DNA of 64,000 nucleotides from Mytilus trossulus (Eukaryota): NCBI RefSeq assembly GCF_036588685.1, contig NC_086378.1, positions 15,438,001 to 15,502,000 of the forward strand, read 5' to 3'. Shown piece by piece: positions 12,189 to 24,805 of this stretch (position 1 is its first letter; each line of letters starts with the position of its first letter). The notes under the pieces were generated by a model. It saw only the letters and a program-made list of their open reading frames with translations, ran no database searches and was not told where the DNA came from. The position numbers and the translations under genes were made by a program.

Positions 12189-14665
12189 CTATTTGCGAGT
12201 AAGATTTAGACAGTTTTGCACGACACAGTTTGTGTTCTTTTGATCTTTTATATCCCTGCATAGTTGGCACATCATGTCTGTTAAATGAGCAAAAATTACA
12301 GGCCAACGGTCTGCAGCTGTTGATTGATTGGACAAGTATGTCTCTATTTTCCCCTCGCCACCAGTATCTTCCTCCTCTTCTTCGTGATCGATTTCTTCTT
12401 CATTATCTTTACTTAATTTTGTGATTGATCTTATACAAATTTTCTTTTGACATATTTCCTTTTTATTATTTGGGTTTGAACAATCATTACACAGTATATG
12501 TTTTATCTCATCAAACACATCTGGTATGTCATTGGGCTGAATGTTTAGCTCCTCTCTAAGTTCATGTCTGTGTAGTGCTGAGTTTGCTTCTACAAAACAC
12601 AATAACATAACATTGCAATATACCTATACAAATTACAAATCGAATTCTGAGTAAAAAGTAAAATAAGAAAAATTCCGAACTCGAAAGAAATTTAAATCGG
12701 AAAATCCCTGTTCAAATTGCAATAACAAAATCTCAAACAGATCAAAGGAATGGAAAACAACTGTCATGTTCTGACTTGCTACAGGCATTTCTTTTTACAG
12801 AAAATGGTGGATTTAACGTTGTTTCATAGCTAGCTAAACCTCACACTTGTATCACACATGCATAAAATTCGATTATATGGACAACAAAGTTTGAACAAAA
12901 CATACATACTTTATGAATAAAATGTCGAAAAGGAATACATCAATCAACATTGTTTTTTAATCTTAATCACTATAAAAACAAACAAACACGAAAAAATTAA
13001 AGACCTGGATACAAAAAATTACCACAGCACAAAAAAAAATAAAAAAATTGACAAGATGCAAATAATTCGACAGTTTCTTTTGACAGGTGACTACATAATA
13101 TGAATATTATATTTCGGAGAACGTTATTGGTAATATTACCAAAAAAAAAAAACTAGAGTGGTAAATTCAGAACTTTTTATAAATTTTAAAGTTTTTTTCT
13201 AGTAGAATGTCTAGAAAACTGTAAATCGACTAGTTTACACGCATTCTATTTTTTGAGTGCTTACTTCTTCACTTGTCGGCGATTTATTTACCCGATCTTC
13301 TCATTGACTTGATTTATCTATATGACGAAAGATCGCAAAGTTTCGCATATTCTTGACGATTTAAATTTGCGTTTTTTTCCACTTGCAAATGCAGCGAATA
13401 TTTTATTTTAGTTGACAATTTTAATTCAATAATCGCATAAAAACATTGCAGTCATCAGTGTCATGATTAAGTTGTAAAAAATAATTTTCTTATATCACAA
13501 CATGCGTTTATACTCTAAAATGATAGCAACTTTATGAAAATCGAACTCTTGAAACATTGCCTCATTTGGACGCTATGGATGGACGGACGAACCGGTAGCT
13601 TTCCTCTTGCAAATGAACATGTATGCTCCTGTATTAGACAAGTTTGATTCATTGACAAATTTCTCGCCATTCATCCATGTCAAAAGGTTTTGTAAAATAA
13701 TTACGACATCTGAACCATCTTGTAGCAAATACTTGCATTGGGAAAGCATTGACTGGTATTTAAAAATAAATGAAAATATGGCAAACTGAGCGATTTTTGT
13801 CAATGCAAGAAGCTTAAAGCCATAACGCAAATACAAAGGACACAATTCAACAATTTAAATGCAGACTGCAGGTATCTTTAAGATGATGTTGATGAATATA
13901 TAGTAAGGGTGTTTTCTAAATACTTATAATATCTTTTGATTTTCCACAAAAAAGTGGCCTTCTCATACTTTAAAATTTGTTCTCGAAAAAAGATGTGCAC
14001 GGAATAAATGATACAATTAAGTGACAATTTATTTAAAATCTTATCTAGTGTTACAGTGATATATGTTGTACCTATTCGATTTATAATGGATATTTGTCTC
14101 GTTGGCACCAATACCACATATTTTTATTTCTATGGAACGTAATGGTGAATGATTTATCTACTTGCTTATTTATCTAATAAAATTGAGAATGGAAATGGGG
14201 AATGTGTCAAAGAGACAACAACCCGACCAAATAAACCTATATCAAAATAGAAACTTGCCGCCTGGATTTGAAATATCCATGTCAACTGGGTGCACTACAA
14301 CTGAAACCTTAAAAGGTCATTATACGCCAAATAAATTTTGACTGATACAGGGAATGATTGCTTGTGTAAATACTACGCATATCTTGAATGATCCTCAATA
14401 GAATAGGAACGAGAACAACATACCGAATAGCACAACATTAAAAATTTGAAGAGCTGAAATGCAAAAGGAGCCTACTGAAAACAATCAACACAGTGTAATT
14501 TTTGTTTAATATTAGAAACACATGTAATTAATTTTTTTCCCCAGTCATTAGATAGGTCACTTGTGAATATTCGAACTTAACTTTTATTTAATACATACCT
14601 TGTTGCTTTATAACTAAAGGCATGACAAACTGGAAATACGAAATTGACAATAAAATCAAAAGCAT
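12189..14665 (-). CDS. Secreted 4-Cys module peptide precursor, paralog 2 (155 aa, two modules, acidic spacer)
   Basis: Exon 1 is 14665-14599 (MLLILLSISYFQFVMPLVIKQQ, signal-like, GTATGT donor, phase 1). Exon 2 is 12589-12189 (acceptor TGTGTTTTGTAG) and continues in frame as EANSALHRHELREEL... The modules CNDC-x9-C-x4-C and CQLC-x10-C-x4-C are separated by DNEEEIDHEEEEED. Confidence 0.8.
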
Positions 14666-15329
14666 CTTTACAACGACTTATTCCCTGTGTTTATCTTCAC
14701 ACTATAATTTTACGTAACTTATTTTATGCGAAGTACTTCATTTACATAGTTTAGTGTCATCTTTGATGCATCACTTATCTATCTTGTATTATTTTGTTTT
14801 AGTAAGCATTATCTAGTAATTTGTAAAAAGAATCAATCAAATAATATTGAAACGTAAAAGGTTAATTTTTCCAAAGGAAGATAGACTCCAAGGAAATGTA
14901 AAAGTAAAACTTGACAAGTGACAAAATGGAACTTGAAATGTCACATTGCAGGAATACGTTGAATACATTCGAGAACATCACTACCAATCGTGTGATAAAC
15001 CCGATATTTACAAAGAAACGTTCGTAAAAAACTATTGTTTTTTTTACAATAAATTATCATCTATGCAACCTGTTATTAAAATTTAATTGTGTAGTGCAAA
15101 TCAGAATATATGATAATGCTATTACAAAAAAAAAAATCATATAAAACAAAGAGTACCTTAAAATCTAATTTATCAATTGCGATCGTAGTTTCCTGTTTTC
15201 ATTTAACAAACACCAAAGCATGTTTGAATAAGTGATAAACAATTAGCCCGAGAACAATAATATTTAGGCAAAAGTATTAGACGCAAATGTCTTTAGGCTG
15301 GACAAATCATTTCAAAATTATATTCATTT

Positions 15330-16341
15330 TCAGAACTTTATTTGGACTTGTTTTGGATTCAAGCGTCACTGATAAGTCTTTTTGTAGACGAAACGCGCGT
15401 CTTGCGTATATAGAAAAAAATAGAAAACAACACGTTTTATAATTTATTGCGTCCGAAGCGCTTTTCTGGATTTACCTTCATCAGGAACGCTAAAAGCCAA
15501 ACATTTGAAATCCGAAGATGTATAAGTACCGAAAATCGTTGAAGAGCTATATGTCAAAAATACCTAAAATAAATTAATTTAGTCCTAGTATCTATGATGA
15601 GTTTATTTACAACCACTGGGTCGATGCAACTGCCGATGGAGATTTAATTCCCTGAGGGTATCACAAGCCCAGTAGTCAGCACTTTTTTGTGCTGACATGC
15701 ATTTTCATTGATATGGTTATATTTATAAATTTACTGTTTAAAATTTTTTGAATTATTTGAAATACTAAGGCTTTTCTACCTCAGGCATAGATTACCTTAG
15801 CTGTATTTGGCAAAACTTTCAGGAATTTTGGTCCTCAATGCTCTTTAACTTCGTTCTTTCTCTGGCCGTTTTAACTTTTTTGGATTCGAGCGTCACTGAT
15901 GAGTCTTTTTGTAGACGCAACGCGCGTCTGGCGTATATTTTAAATTAAGTCCTGGTATCTATGATGAGTTTATTTACAACCAGTGGCTCGATGCCTCTGC
16001 TGGTGGGGATTAATTTCCCCGAGCTGGTATCATAAGCCCAGTAGTCAGCACTTTTTGTGCTGACATGAATTGTCATTGGTATGGTTATATTTATAAATTT
16101 ACTGTTTACAATTTTTTTAATTATTTGAAATACTAAGGCTTTTCTACCTCAGGCATAGATTACCTTAGTTGTATTTGGCAAAACTTTTAGGAATTTTGGT
16201 CCTCAATGCTCTTCAACTTCATACTTGATTTGGCCTTTTTAATTTTTTGGATTCGAGCGTCACTGATGAGGTTTTTTGTAGAAGAAACGCGCGTCTGGCG
16301 TATATTTTAAATTTAGTCCTGGTATCTATGATGAGTTTATT
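15330..16341 (+). ncRNA. Retrozyme family A tandem array (~367-bp unit, three hammerhead motifs) with an antisense family B insert at ~15421-15575
   Basis: CGTCACTGATGAGTCT..AGACGAAACGCGCGTCTGGCG-like motifs at ~15364, 15891 and 16258 each carry one core or stem II lesion. An intact family B hammerhead lies on the minus strand at 15449-15490. Confidence 0.8.
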
Positions 16342-16621
16342 TCATATTGCAACATTGACATAGTTGAACTCTCTCTTTATCTCTTTTACTCACTCTCCAT
16401 TGTTCAGAAAAGTACATTCTTTTTTTCTAGTTTGTACTTTCCATATGATTTTATTATTAGAGTAAGTCTTACATTTCTCACTTCAAACACTACAACATAT
16501 ATAATTTAAAACTTGTATTTGTGTAGGTGAAAGTTGATATTTCTTTGGTTCAATTTATAAGTAATTAATTAAAAAATTTCTCGCTACTTTAAACGTTTAC
16601 TTGATAGTTTTTAAACCAGAA

Positions 16622-17846
16622 TTAGAATTTTGCGTTCTTGGATATAACACTTGATCTTTTGTAAGGATGTCTAGAAAAAACCTGAAGTTTTGGTTTTGTT
16701 TCAATCATTCTTGGTGCCTGCACAAGAGAAAGTTTTCTCTTTAAACAAAATTTCGTGATGCAATTCTTCTTTTTCACTGGGTCCTTTATCTTGCTACACA
16801 ACGAACATAACATATTAGTTAATTCAGCAATAACGCCCTGGGTTTTGTTCACGGGAAGTCCTTTATTACCGAAAATGTCAAAGTGAATTTTTCTTTTGAT
16901 GATGGATACGTCAGTTGAATGTCGCATAGCATGGGTTCCGCTTGATAGGCAAAATTTCTTACTGCACTTTTCACGGTCGTTTTTATTGGAAATTTTGCTG
17001 CATGCCTCACATGCGATATCTGTCAGAATTGGAATAATAGTGGCAATACTATTACGTTGCCATTCAACAAGATCTTTCTCGAGTTTGATAGGATTTAGTT
17101 GTCTGTTTGTTCCTATAAAAGAAAGACAAATATTAAATAAATGTTGAATGTACATATTTTTTTTTGTAATTTTAGCATAGGAAATATCTGATGAAGTATA
17201 CATTTGTTGTTTGTTTTTTTTTTTTTTTTACTTTTTAGAGGCCGGTTGAAGCCCGCCTCTGGATGCAGGATTTCATCGTTGTGTTGAGGACGCATCGGTG
17301 GCCTTTAACTGTTTTATTTTACTTTTTGGCACGAACTATTATAACTATGTTTCATATCGAGTTTTGTGTTCTTCAAGTACGTGTTAGTGTGTTAACTTGA
17401 GTGAAGTAAGTTATTGCATTTGACATTTGAACTACATAGTGAAGCAGGAAATAATTACTCTTTTTGATAACATGAGATCACGCATCTTTTTACGCTGGAC
17501 CTCGGGTTAATTTTAATCTAAACGATTTTTGTTTGGAGATTGATTTAGATTTTTTCCATTTAAAACGTAATGCGGTTTCACAGACCATACATGGTACTTA
17601 TAACGTTTTTGGAATTGTGGACCCTGATCAACTTTACATTATATTGTCCATCTGTTTGCACTATATTACTGATTTGTCTTATGTAAACGAAAGGATGGTC
17701 TCGCGTACAAAAATGTTACACTGGTATCATTGATGCGTTTGTTTTATAAAAATAATTAAAAAAAAGTTCTTACCTGTGATTTTGTGTTTATAGCAACAAA
17801 CTGATGACCAGGATGCTAATATCAACATACAGGACAGTATTTTCAT
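16622..17846 (-). CDS. Secreted 4-Cys module peptide precursor, paralog 3 (187 aa, two cationic modules)
   Basis: Exon 1 is 17846-17774 (MKILSCMLILASWSSVCCYKHKIT, signal peptide, GTAAGA donor, phase 1). Exon 2 is 17112-16622 (acceptor TCTTTTATAG) and is in frame. The modules are CEAC-x11-C-x4-C and CSLC-x11-C-x4-C, with KRK sites flanking module 2. Confidence 0.85.
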
Positions 17847-18007
17847 TATAGTTATTATTTTAAGAGTTTATCCAGGATAAATCCAGCTATATTATTGAAA
17901 AGAGATTTTTGTGTAGAGAATTGCGTAGGTAAATGAGCTTAAAGCAATTTGAATTTCAGTGTCAGAAACAGGTGTGCAAATAAGTTAGGAAATATAAACC
18001 TAAATAT

Positions 18008-18078
18008 TTCCGTGTTTCATTTATCATCCTAGCAAAGGTTGTCAGGACACGATGTAAACAACGTAAACATACAATGTC
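18008..18078 (-). promoter_or_regulatory. Conserved upstream block shared by paralogs 3 and 1
   Basis: TTCC..TGTTTCATT..ATC..TAGCAAA.GTTGTCA.GACA..ATGTAA occurs at 18008 (162 nt from the ATG) and at 5235 (163 nt from the paralog 1 ATG). Confidence 0.6.
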
Positions 18079-20099
18079 ACACTGGGTAATCGCGTAATGT
18101 TATTTGAGAAGGGTTTAACATTTCGTCATTTGGAAGTACATGTTACCCTTTTTTTTTCGTTCACCTTGTTAACATATTTAAACATGTTAAAATGCAGTGC
18201 ATATTTAGATTAATATATTGATTGTTGTAAGGCTTAGCTTAATATGTACATTTTATGAGTATACAAGAAGAGAAAAAAATTATACAAAAAAAAGTCATGT
18301 TATTAATAAATTTTAAGGTTTGGTTTGAAAAAAGTAGTGGAATTGAGTGAAAACAAAAGCAAAAAAAAAACAATATTGGAAAAAAACACAGAAATATTGT
18401 TTCGTAACAACCTACATAAAGCCTTTTGAATAATGATTGCACATACACACTTTTAGATGAAAAGAATATGATTAAAATAATTGACAAGTAGAAGCGATGA
18501 TGTTCTAGATAAATAATCTCTGATAGTTATAGACCCTGAACTTTAAGAATGTTCTCCAGCATTTAAAATTAGTCCACACATGTTTTGTTTTTAGCAATAT
18601 TGTGTCTATATTCTATCAAAATAGTAAAAAAAAATCGAGTAACGATTTGTTCCTTTCAATTCTTGTAACAAGAGCATTGCCTATGTCTTTATTGTTAATA
18701 CTAACATCATTAAATCGCATTAAACTTTGTTATGAACTATATTCAATTTATCAAAATACAGAGTTAGAATTTTTCCCCGCATAAAAGTTAAGCTTTACAT
18801 AAGGCAAAGTATTGAGATATGAAATCATTCGTTTTTTTTTTCTCTTTTAAAAGTACTAAAATTGAAAAAAATGTGTATATATATATATAAAAGCAAGTCA
18901 CAAATATATAATGAAATATTATAACCGATGACTATCACATCGGCAGCACTCTCTTAATTCTTATATTTAAATTTGATGTTTTTTTCAGAACACGCCAATC
19001 TGTAGATGAAACAACGATTGTTCGGCTTTGATTTTTTTTAAAAGTGTGTTTTGCTTAAATTTAGGGTGGCCAATCTTTCTGTTGAACGTGGTTTTCAATA
19101 AGTGTAAGGTATACCATATCCCACAGAAATATCACATATTTTTAAATAATCCAATGACTATAAAATCGAGGATTAAACCTTAATTTGAGATATTTTTTTA
19201 CACAAATATATCATGACGAACATGTTTACTAAGGTTCAAAGTGATGTGACCACAACATCGGGGAAACTTTTCGATTATCAAACATACTCTGCATATTGTA
19301 TATACGCATTAACATTGTGTCTGAACCTGAACATTGCTTGAGAAAAGTGTGAGATGATACCAAGGTTTGACGTCATAAAACTTTGCTCAGTGCTCAGAGC
19401 ACAAGAAGTATGCTCGGGATATAAAATCCAACATTTTAATTGGTTGATATTGGAATACGAGTACAAAAAAAACTGACTCGAAAGTATAATGACTTCAAGG
19501 CCAGGCTGACAACGATATGTAAGATAACAACATCCCTTGCCCAAAGGGAAAAGGGTTGAAAGACCAACGCAGTAAACTTAAAATTAAACAATACGAACCA
19601 TATTTATTTTAATTATGAATGTCCGTTGTAGTCTATCAGAGTTGCTGGGAGGCATGTGTAAGAGTCACAGTTGGATAAAACCAAAGGATTTAAATTTGGT
19701 AAATGCGGCTTCTCTGTGCAATTCACACGGCACGGATGAATTTAATCATAATGTTGACATTAGAAAACTGTGTCATTTTATACATAAAGTAACATATAAT
19801 TGGACTGTTATACCCTTTGATATACAAAATCTCGGTGTGTTTTGTACAAGAATGATTTAATCAATTGACCTAAATTACCTCTAGCCCTAAACATGCTGCA
19901 GTTTCAAAGTCTCTTTCTTTTTATTGTTCTGATGACTGCATGATCGATATATATTCACGTTTCGTTAATATTTTATGTAATGTTTGACGTTCAGGATCAA
20001 TCAATCAATTAAATTGTACATTAAAAAACTGAAACAAATTACGCAAGTTTACGAATTTGTGTTTTAATGTAGAATTAAAATTGAAATGTATAATAACTA

Positions 20100-20725
20100 G
20101 ATATAGGAAGATGGGGTGTGAGTGCCAATGAGACAACTCTCCATCCAAATAACAATTTAAAAAAAGGTCAACCATTATAGGTCAATGTGCGGCCTTCAAC
20201 ACAGAGCCTTGGCTCACACCGAACAACAAGCTATAAAGGACCCCAAAATTACTGGTGTAAAACCATTCAAACGGGAAAACCAACGTTCTAATTCATATAA
20301 AAAACGAGACACGAAAAACACGTATAAATTATATAAACAAACGACAACTACTGTACATCAGATTCCTAACTTAGGACAGGTGCAAACATTTGCAGCGGGA
20401 TTGAACGTTTTAATGGATCCAAACTTTCTCTCTTTTTTGAAACAAAAGCATAACATCACTTCATAGAAAAAACACACGGTAAAATATCAATTGACAGGCT
20501 TAGCTCAATCAAAAAACGTAAATTTATACAATATAAACGAATAAATTTGATCTGCTATATATGAATGTAAATTTATGCATTTGTTTAGGGGCCAGCTAAA
20601 GGATGTCTCCAGGTGCGGGAATTTCTCGCTACATTAAAGACCTGTTGGTGACCTTCTGCTGTTGTGTTTTCTATGGTCGGGTTGTTGTCTCTTAGACACA
20701 TTCCCCATTTCCATTCTCAATTCTA
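20100..20725. repeat. Adjacent interspersed (SINE-like) repeats
   Basis: GAAGATG.GG..TGA.TGCCAATGAGACAACT.TCCA recurs at ~30700 and ~42070. CATTCCCCATTTCCATTCTCAATT recurs inverted at ~14180 and directly at ~44715. Confidence 0.6.
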
Positions 20726-22904
20726 TAATCTATGAATTATTATAACTTTTAAAGAAAGTAATCATTCTTTATGTACAAAAGTATTAACAAAAATGCTGAT
20801 CTCTTAATCAATTCGATAGGGAGAATCTGACAAATCAAACACTCGACTGTAACGAATGTTAAAAAATGTCCTATTCCTTACTAGATTCAAGGGTTTACCA
20901 AAGATAATTGTTTGTCAACCAGATTAAAGTTAGTTACACTTTACACTTGTAAAACAGCTGTTTATTAGTAAATTTGGCGAGCAAATAAAACAGATATAAT
21001 TGGTTAACATGTCTATACCTTAACCATAAATTATATAATCGGTTATTTGTACATTTTTCCTTTGATGTGTACTCGCTGATGTCAGTATCAGTGGACTGGC
21101 CGTGATATAAAAACTATTGGGTCAGTACGCAAATGACATGCGCGAATGCAACGCGTAAGGATATACTTTCCCTTTTCATTCACAAAATTGCGCGTGATTT
21201 TTTCTTGCATAAACGCACGAGGTTTTTGGCGAATGAAAACACTTGTCATTGTTTGAAACTTTCACAAAGTTAGTTTAGTCTTTTTGAACGATTGTTGTAA
21301 AAAGGTGAACAAAAAATGTATGAAAAAAGCGATAGACCGTAAAGAAAATGTATTATTTACACTATAATTGAATAACGAAGCTATTCAAAAGGACGTATAG
21401 TCCAAATAATTATGACTTTTCGAAGGGAATTTAAGTTTTTGCTTTGACGCTCTCCTCTCGATGTGAGGTGTCAAAGAAGAAACAAATAAATAGCCTTTCA
21501 AGAGGTCATAATTATTTGAACATATCGTCCATGCTGTTCCAATCTTAGTTTTTATTTATACAATACCAATACGTAGCCTGGTATACTTTTCTTTTTCTGT
21601 TTCCTGAGTAGAGAAGTATTTGTTTCACCTGTTCAGTTACTATAAAGAGTTACAATTCATATTTAGACGCAACATAAATATCGCATGAAAAAAGCTAGAA
21701 AAAAAATGAACTTTACGCATTTTTGACATATTTGTGGGACCATCATATACAAATTTAAAAGATATGGTCCCTGGTAAATATAAAGACAGATATATATAGA
21801 ACAAAGAACAAAAATACGGATCTAGGATAGATTTAAAAAGGGGGTAACCGGGGCACCAAACTATAATTAAAGTCTGCATTGACCATTATTGTAACTTTTA
21901 TAAAGGGTGACTGACCCGTGTCGGCTTCCCCCTAAATACTTCTCTGATATAAAAGATACTTTACAGTCAGTTTACAGTCCTTACACGGCCACAGACTCGT
22001 TGCCTCCTGAAATGTCTGCTTACCAGTGCTTTCTTAAAATTATTCTAAATCAATATGTCATTTTCGAAACACTGAGCGAATAATGACAAGAAAAATGTAA
22101 GTTTATCAACTAAATTAAGTAAACTATAATTATAACTTGTCGTTGAAATTAAAAATGATGATAAATATGCTGATTCATATCGTATGCTGATGATTTTTGA
22201 CTTACCGGTATACTACCATTATAATTGGCAATGTTAGAGTCACATCCAAAGCAGAATATTAATGAAACGCATGCAATGATTCCTTTTCAATACTTTGTGT
22301 AAAAGAACGCCATGTTTACTGCACTGTGATAAATTTCAAATGACGTAATGCAGCCTGTGACGTCAAGTGTGATTCGCCGTGATTCGACGCTAAAAAGTAG
22401 TTCGTTTGTTATTTTCTCTTTTATTGCAGTATATTTTTTTTTAAATTACTATGAACAGAATAAAGGACTTTTTGTTTTTGATGCTGACTTTATCACAATT
22501 AAATATCAGGCTTGTCCTTCGCATGTTTCGGGCTCACCTGATAATTTACTGTGATAAAGTCAGAAACAAGAAAAAAAAAGTCCTCTATTCTATATATACA
22601 ATGCAGTTGAGTGACATTTTTCCTATTATGTCTGTTTGCTTTGTTTATACATTGTTATAAATATAATGGACTTTTGTGTGATGACATGCAATTGAGAGGT
22701 TTGGCTAGCCGTAAAACCAGTGTTTATCAACTATTTTGTACGATGAAAATGTATGTAGGTACCAAGTCAGGAAAATGACAGTTGATATCAACTCGTATGA
22801 TGTGTTTCAGCTTTTGTTTTGCCATTTCAATAAGGACTTTCCACTTTGAATTTTGCTCGGAGTTCGGTATTTTCGTTATTTGACTTTAAAGCATAAAGAC
22901 ATGC

Positions 22905-23530
22905 TAAATATTGAAAACAACACGTTATTAATTTCTTGCGTCCGAAGCGCTTTTCTGGATTTACCTTCATCAGGAACGCTCAAAGCCAAACATTTGAAAT
23001 CCAAAGATGTACAAGTACCGAAACCGTTGAAGAGCTGTATGTCAAAAATACCTAAAATAAATAGCCAAATTCATCTAAAGCCAACTTTGCCTGAGGGAGT
23101 TGAAACCTTAGTTTCTTAATAATTTATAAATTTATAAACGGACAATTTTAGTAAAGTTTGTATATTCATGTCAGTACCGAAATACTGACTTCTGAGCTGA
23201 TGATACCCTCGGTGACTGATAGTCCACCAGCAGAGGTATCGACCCAGTGATGTAAAATATTGAAAACAACACGTTATTAATTTCTTGCGTCCGAAGCGCT
23301 TTTCTGGATTTACCTTCATCAGGAACGCTCAAAGCCAAACATTTGAAATCCAAAGATGTACAAGTACCGAAACCGTTGAAGAGCTGTAAGTCAAAAATAC
23401 CTAAAATAAATAGCCAAATTCATCTAAAGCCAACTTTGCCTGAGGGAGTTGAAACCTTAGTTTCTTGATAGTTTATAAATTTATAAACGGACAATTTTAG
23501 TAAAGTTTGTATATTCATGTCAGTACCGAA
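22905..23530 (-). ncRNA. Retrozyme family B: ~1.8 copies of a 349-bp unit with two identical type I hammerhead ribozymes
   Basis: The minus strand reads GCGTTC-CTGATGA-AGGTAAATCCA-GAAA-AGCGCT-TC-GGACGC at 22979-22938 and 23328-23287. Stem I is GCGTTC/GGACGC and stem III is the palindrome AAGCGCTT. Confidence 0.8.
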
Positions 23531-24439
23531 TTTCCCTATCATTTAAAAAAACCACTTCCAACACATTCCGTCACCAACTTTACAATTATGTATATTTTTC
23601 AAAGCAACAGAATTGACATACAATACACGTACATTTCTTATAATACTTCAGAGATGTTTTTTCTCTTTCTCTCCCATACCTTTTCAAACTATTCAGTCAA
23701 CTATTGTTAAACAATAAATCAATGTCTTGTCATATATTGATCAATTTGCGCTCGTTATGTCTATGTATGTGGTAATATGAACTGTGTGACTTGCATTTAT
23801 ATGAATAAATGATATTTTAAAGAATAATTATCAGAATTATGTAACTGACAGTCACCAGTTATTTTACATAATTATAAAAAGATTAGGGAAACGGATTCAA
23901 ATTGTTATCACTATTTTCCAACATGTTTCTTTTGCTGATTACAAAAGAAAACAGCTGTGTAACATGATAAGCCTTAGTTGTCTTATGACAAGGCCTTTCT
24001 GGGTACTAATATTAAGTAAAAGGTCCTTAACTTACAATCAAGCTTAATCTGAATTGATTTTAAACCTGATTGAAGCGTTCGGTTTTTCGAACGAATTTAT
24101 TTTCCAGTGTACAAATACAATACAAGTATGTAAGTTAATCAAATAATTACTTACTATTCAATTTTGCGACATCATTTATTTCACTTTTATTTAAAAATCA
24201 TATTGGCCATAATTTTCCCATAACAACTGTCTGATTCCGAACATGGTACAGGCAATGTCTTATAGAAATCCTGGATTAAACATGGTTTTAATGCTAGCTA
24301 ATGCTCTCATTTGTATGACAGTTGCATCAAATTCCATTATATTGACATTGATGTGTGAACAAAACAGACAAAAAGACATGCTACTAGGTAAACATGTGAA
24401 ATGATCATTATTGTAAATCTCTTCTCTATAAATAAAATC

Positions 24440-24805
24440 ATCATTGACACCAAGATTGATAATTAGTATTTGCGTCAGATGTGCGATTCGTATACAAAAG
24501 AATTATCAGTGACGCGCGGATAAAGTTTTTTTTAGAAGACTAAATAATATGGGAAAAGAGGTTTGAAAGATACTAGAGCGACAGTCAAGCTCAAAGATTA
24601 AAAAAAAAAAAAAAAACGCCATGGAAAACACAAACGAAGTTGAAGAGCATTGATGACCAATTATTCCTAAAGTGTTGCCAAATACAACTAATGGAATCTG
24701 TTCCTGAGGTAAAAAAAAAAGCCTTAGGATTTCGAAAATTCAAAGTTTTGTAAACAGTTGAATTATAATTGTGACCATATCAATGATAATTCATGTCAAC
24801 ACAGA
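24440..24805 (-). repeat. Degenerate retrozyme family A copy
   Basis: A decayed hammerhead at ~24472-24516 and downstream similarity to 10610-10810. Confidence 0.55.

Noticed and set aside
12590-12623. MLLCFV as the true start of paralog 2, or an acceptor at 12624
   Set aside because: It is too short for a signal peptide. The acceptor at 12590 is in phase with exon 1 and matches the paralog 3 structure, whereas the 12624 acceptor leads to an early stop.
13573-13845. ORFs inside the paralog 2 intron as an extra exon or fourth paralog
   Set aside because: No 4-Cys module and no convincing in-phase splice sites.
22853-23353. Short ORFs in retrozyme repeats (also 62659-62895)
   Set aside because: They are not maintained between copies, and the conserved feature is the RNA motif.
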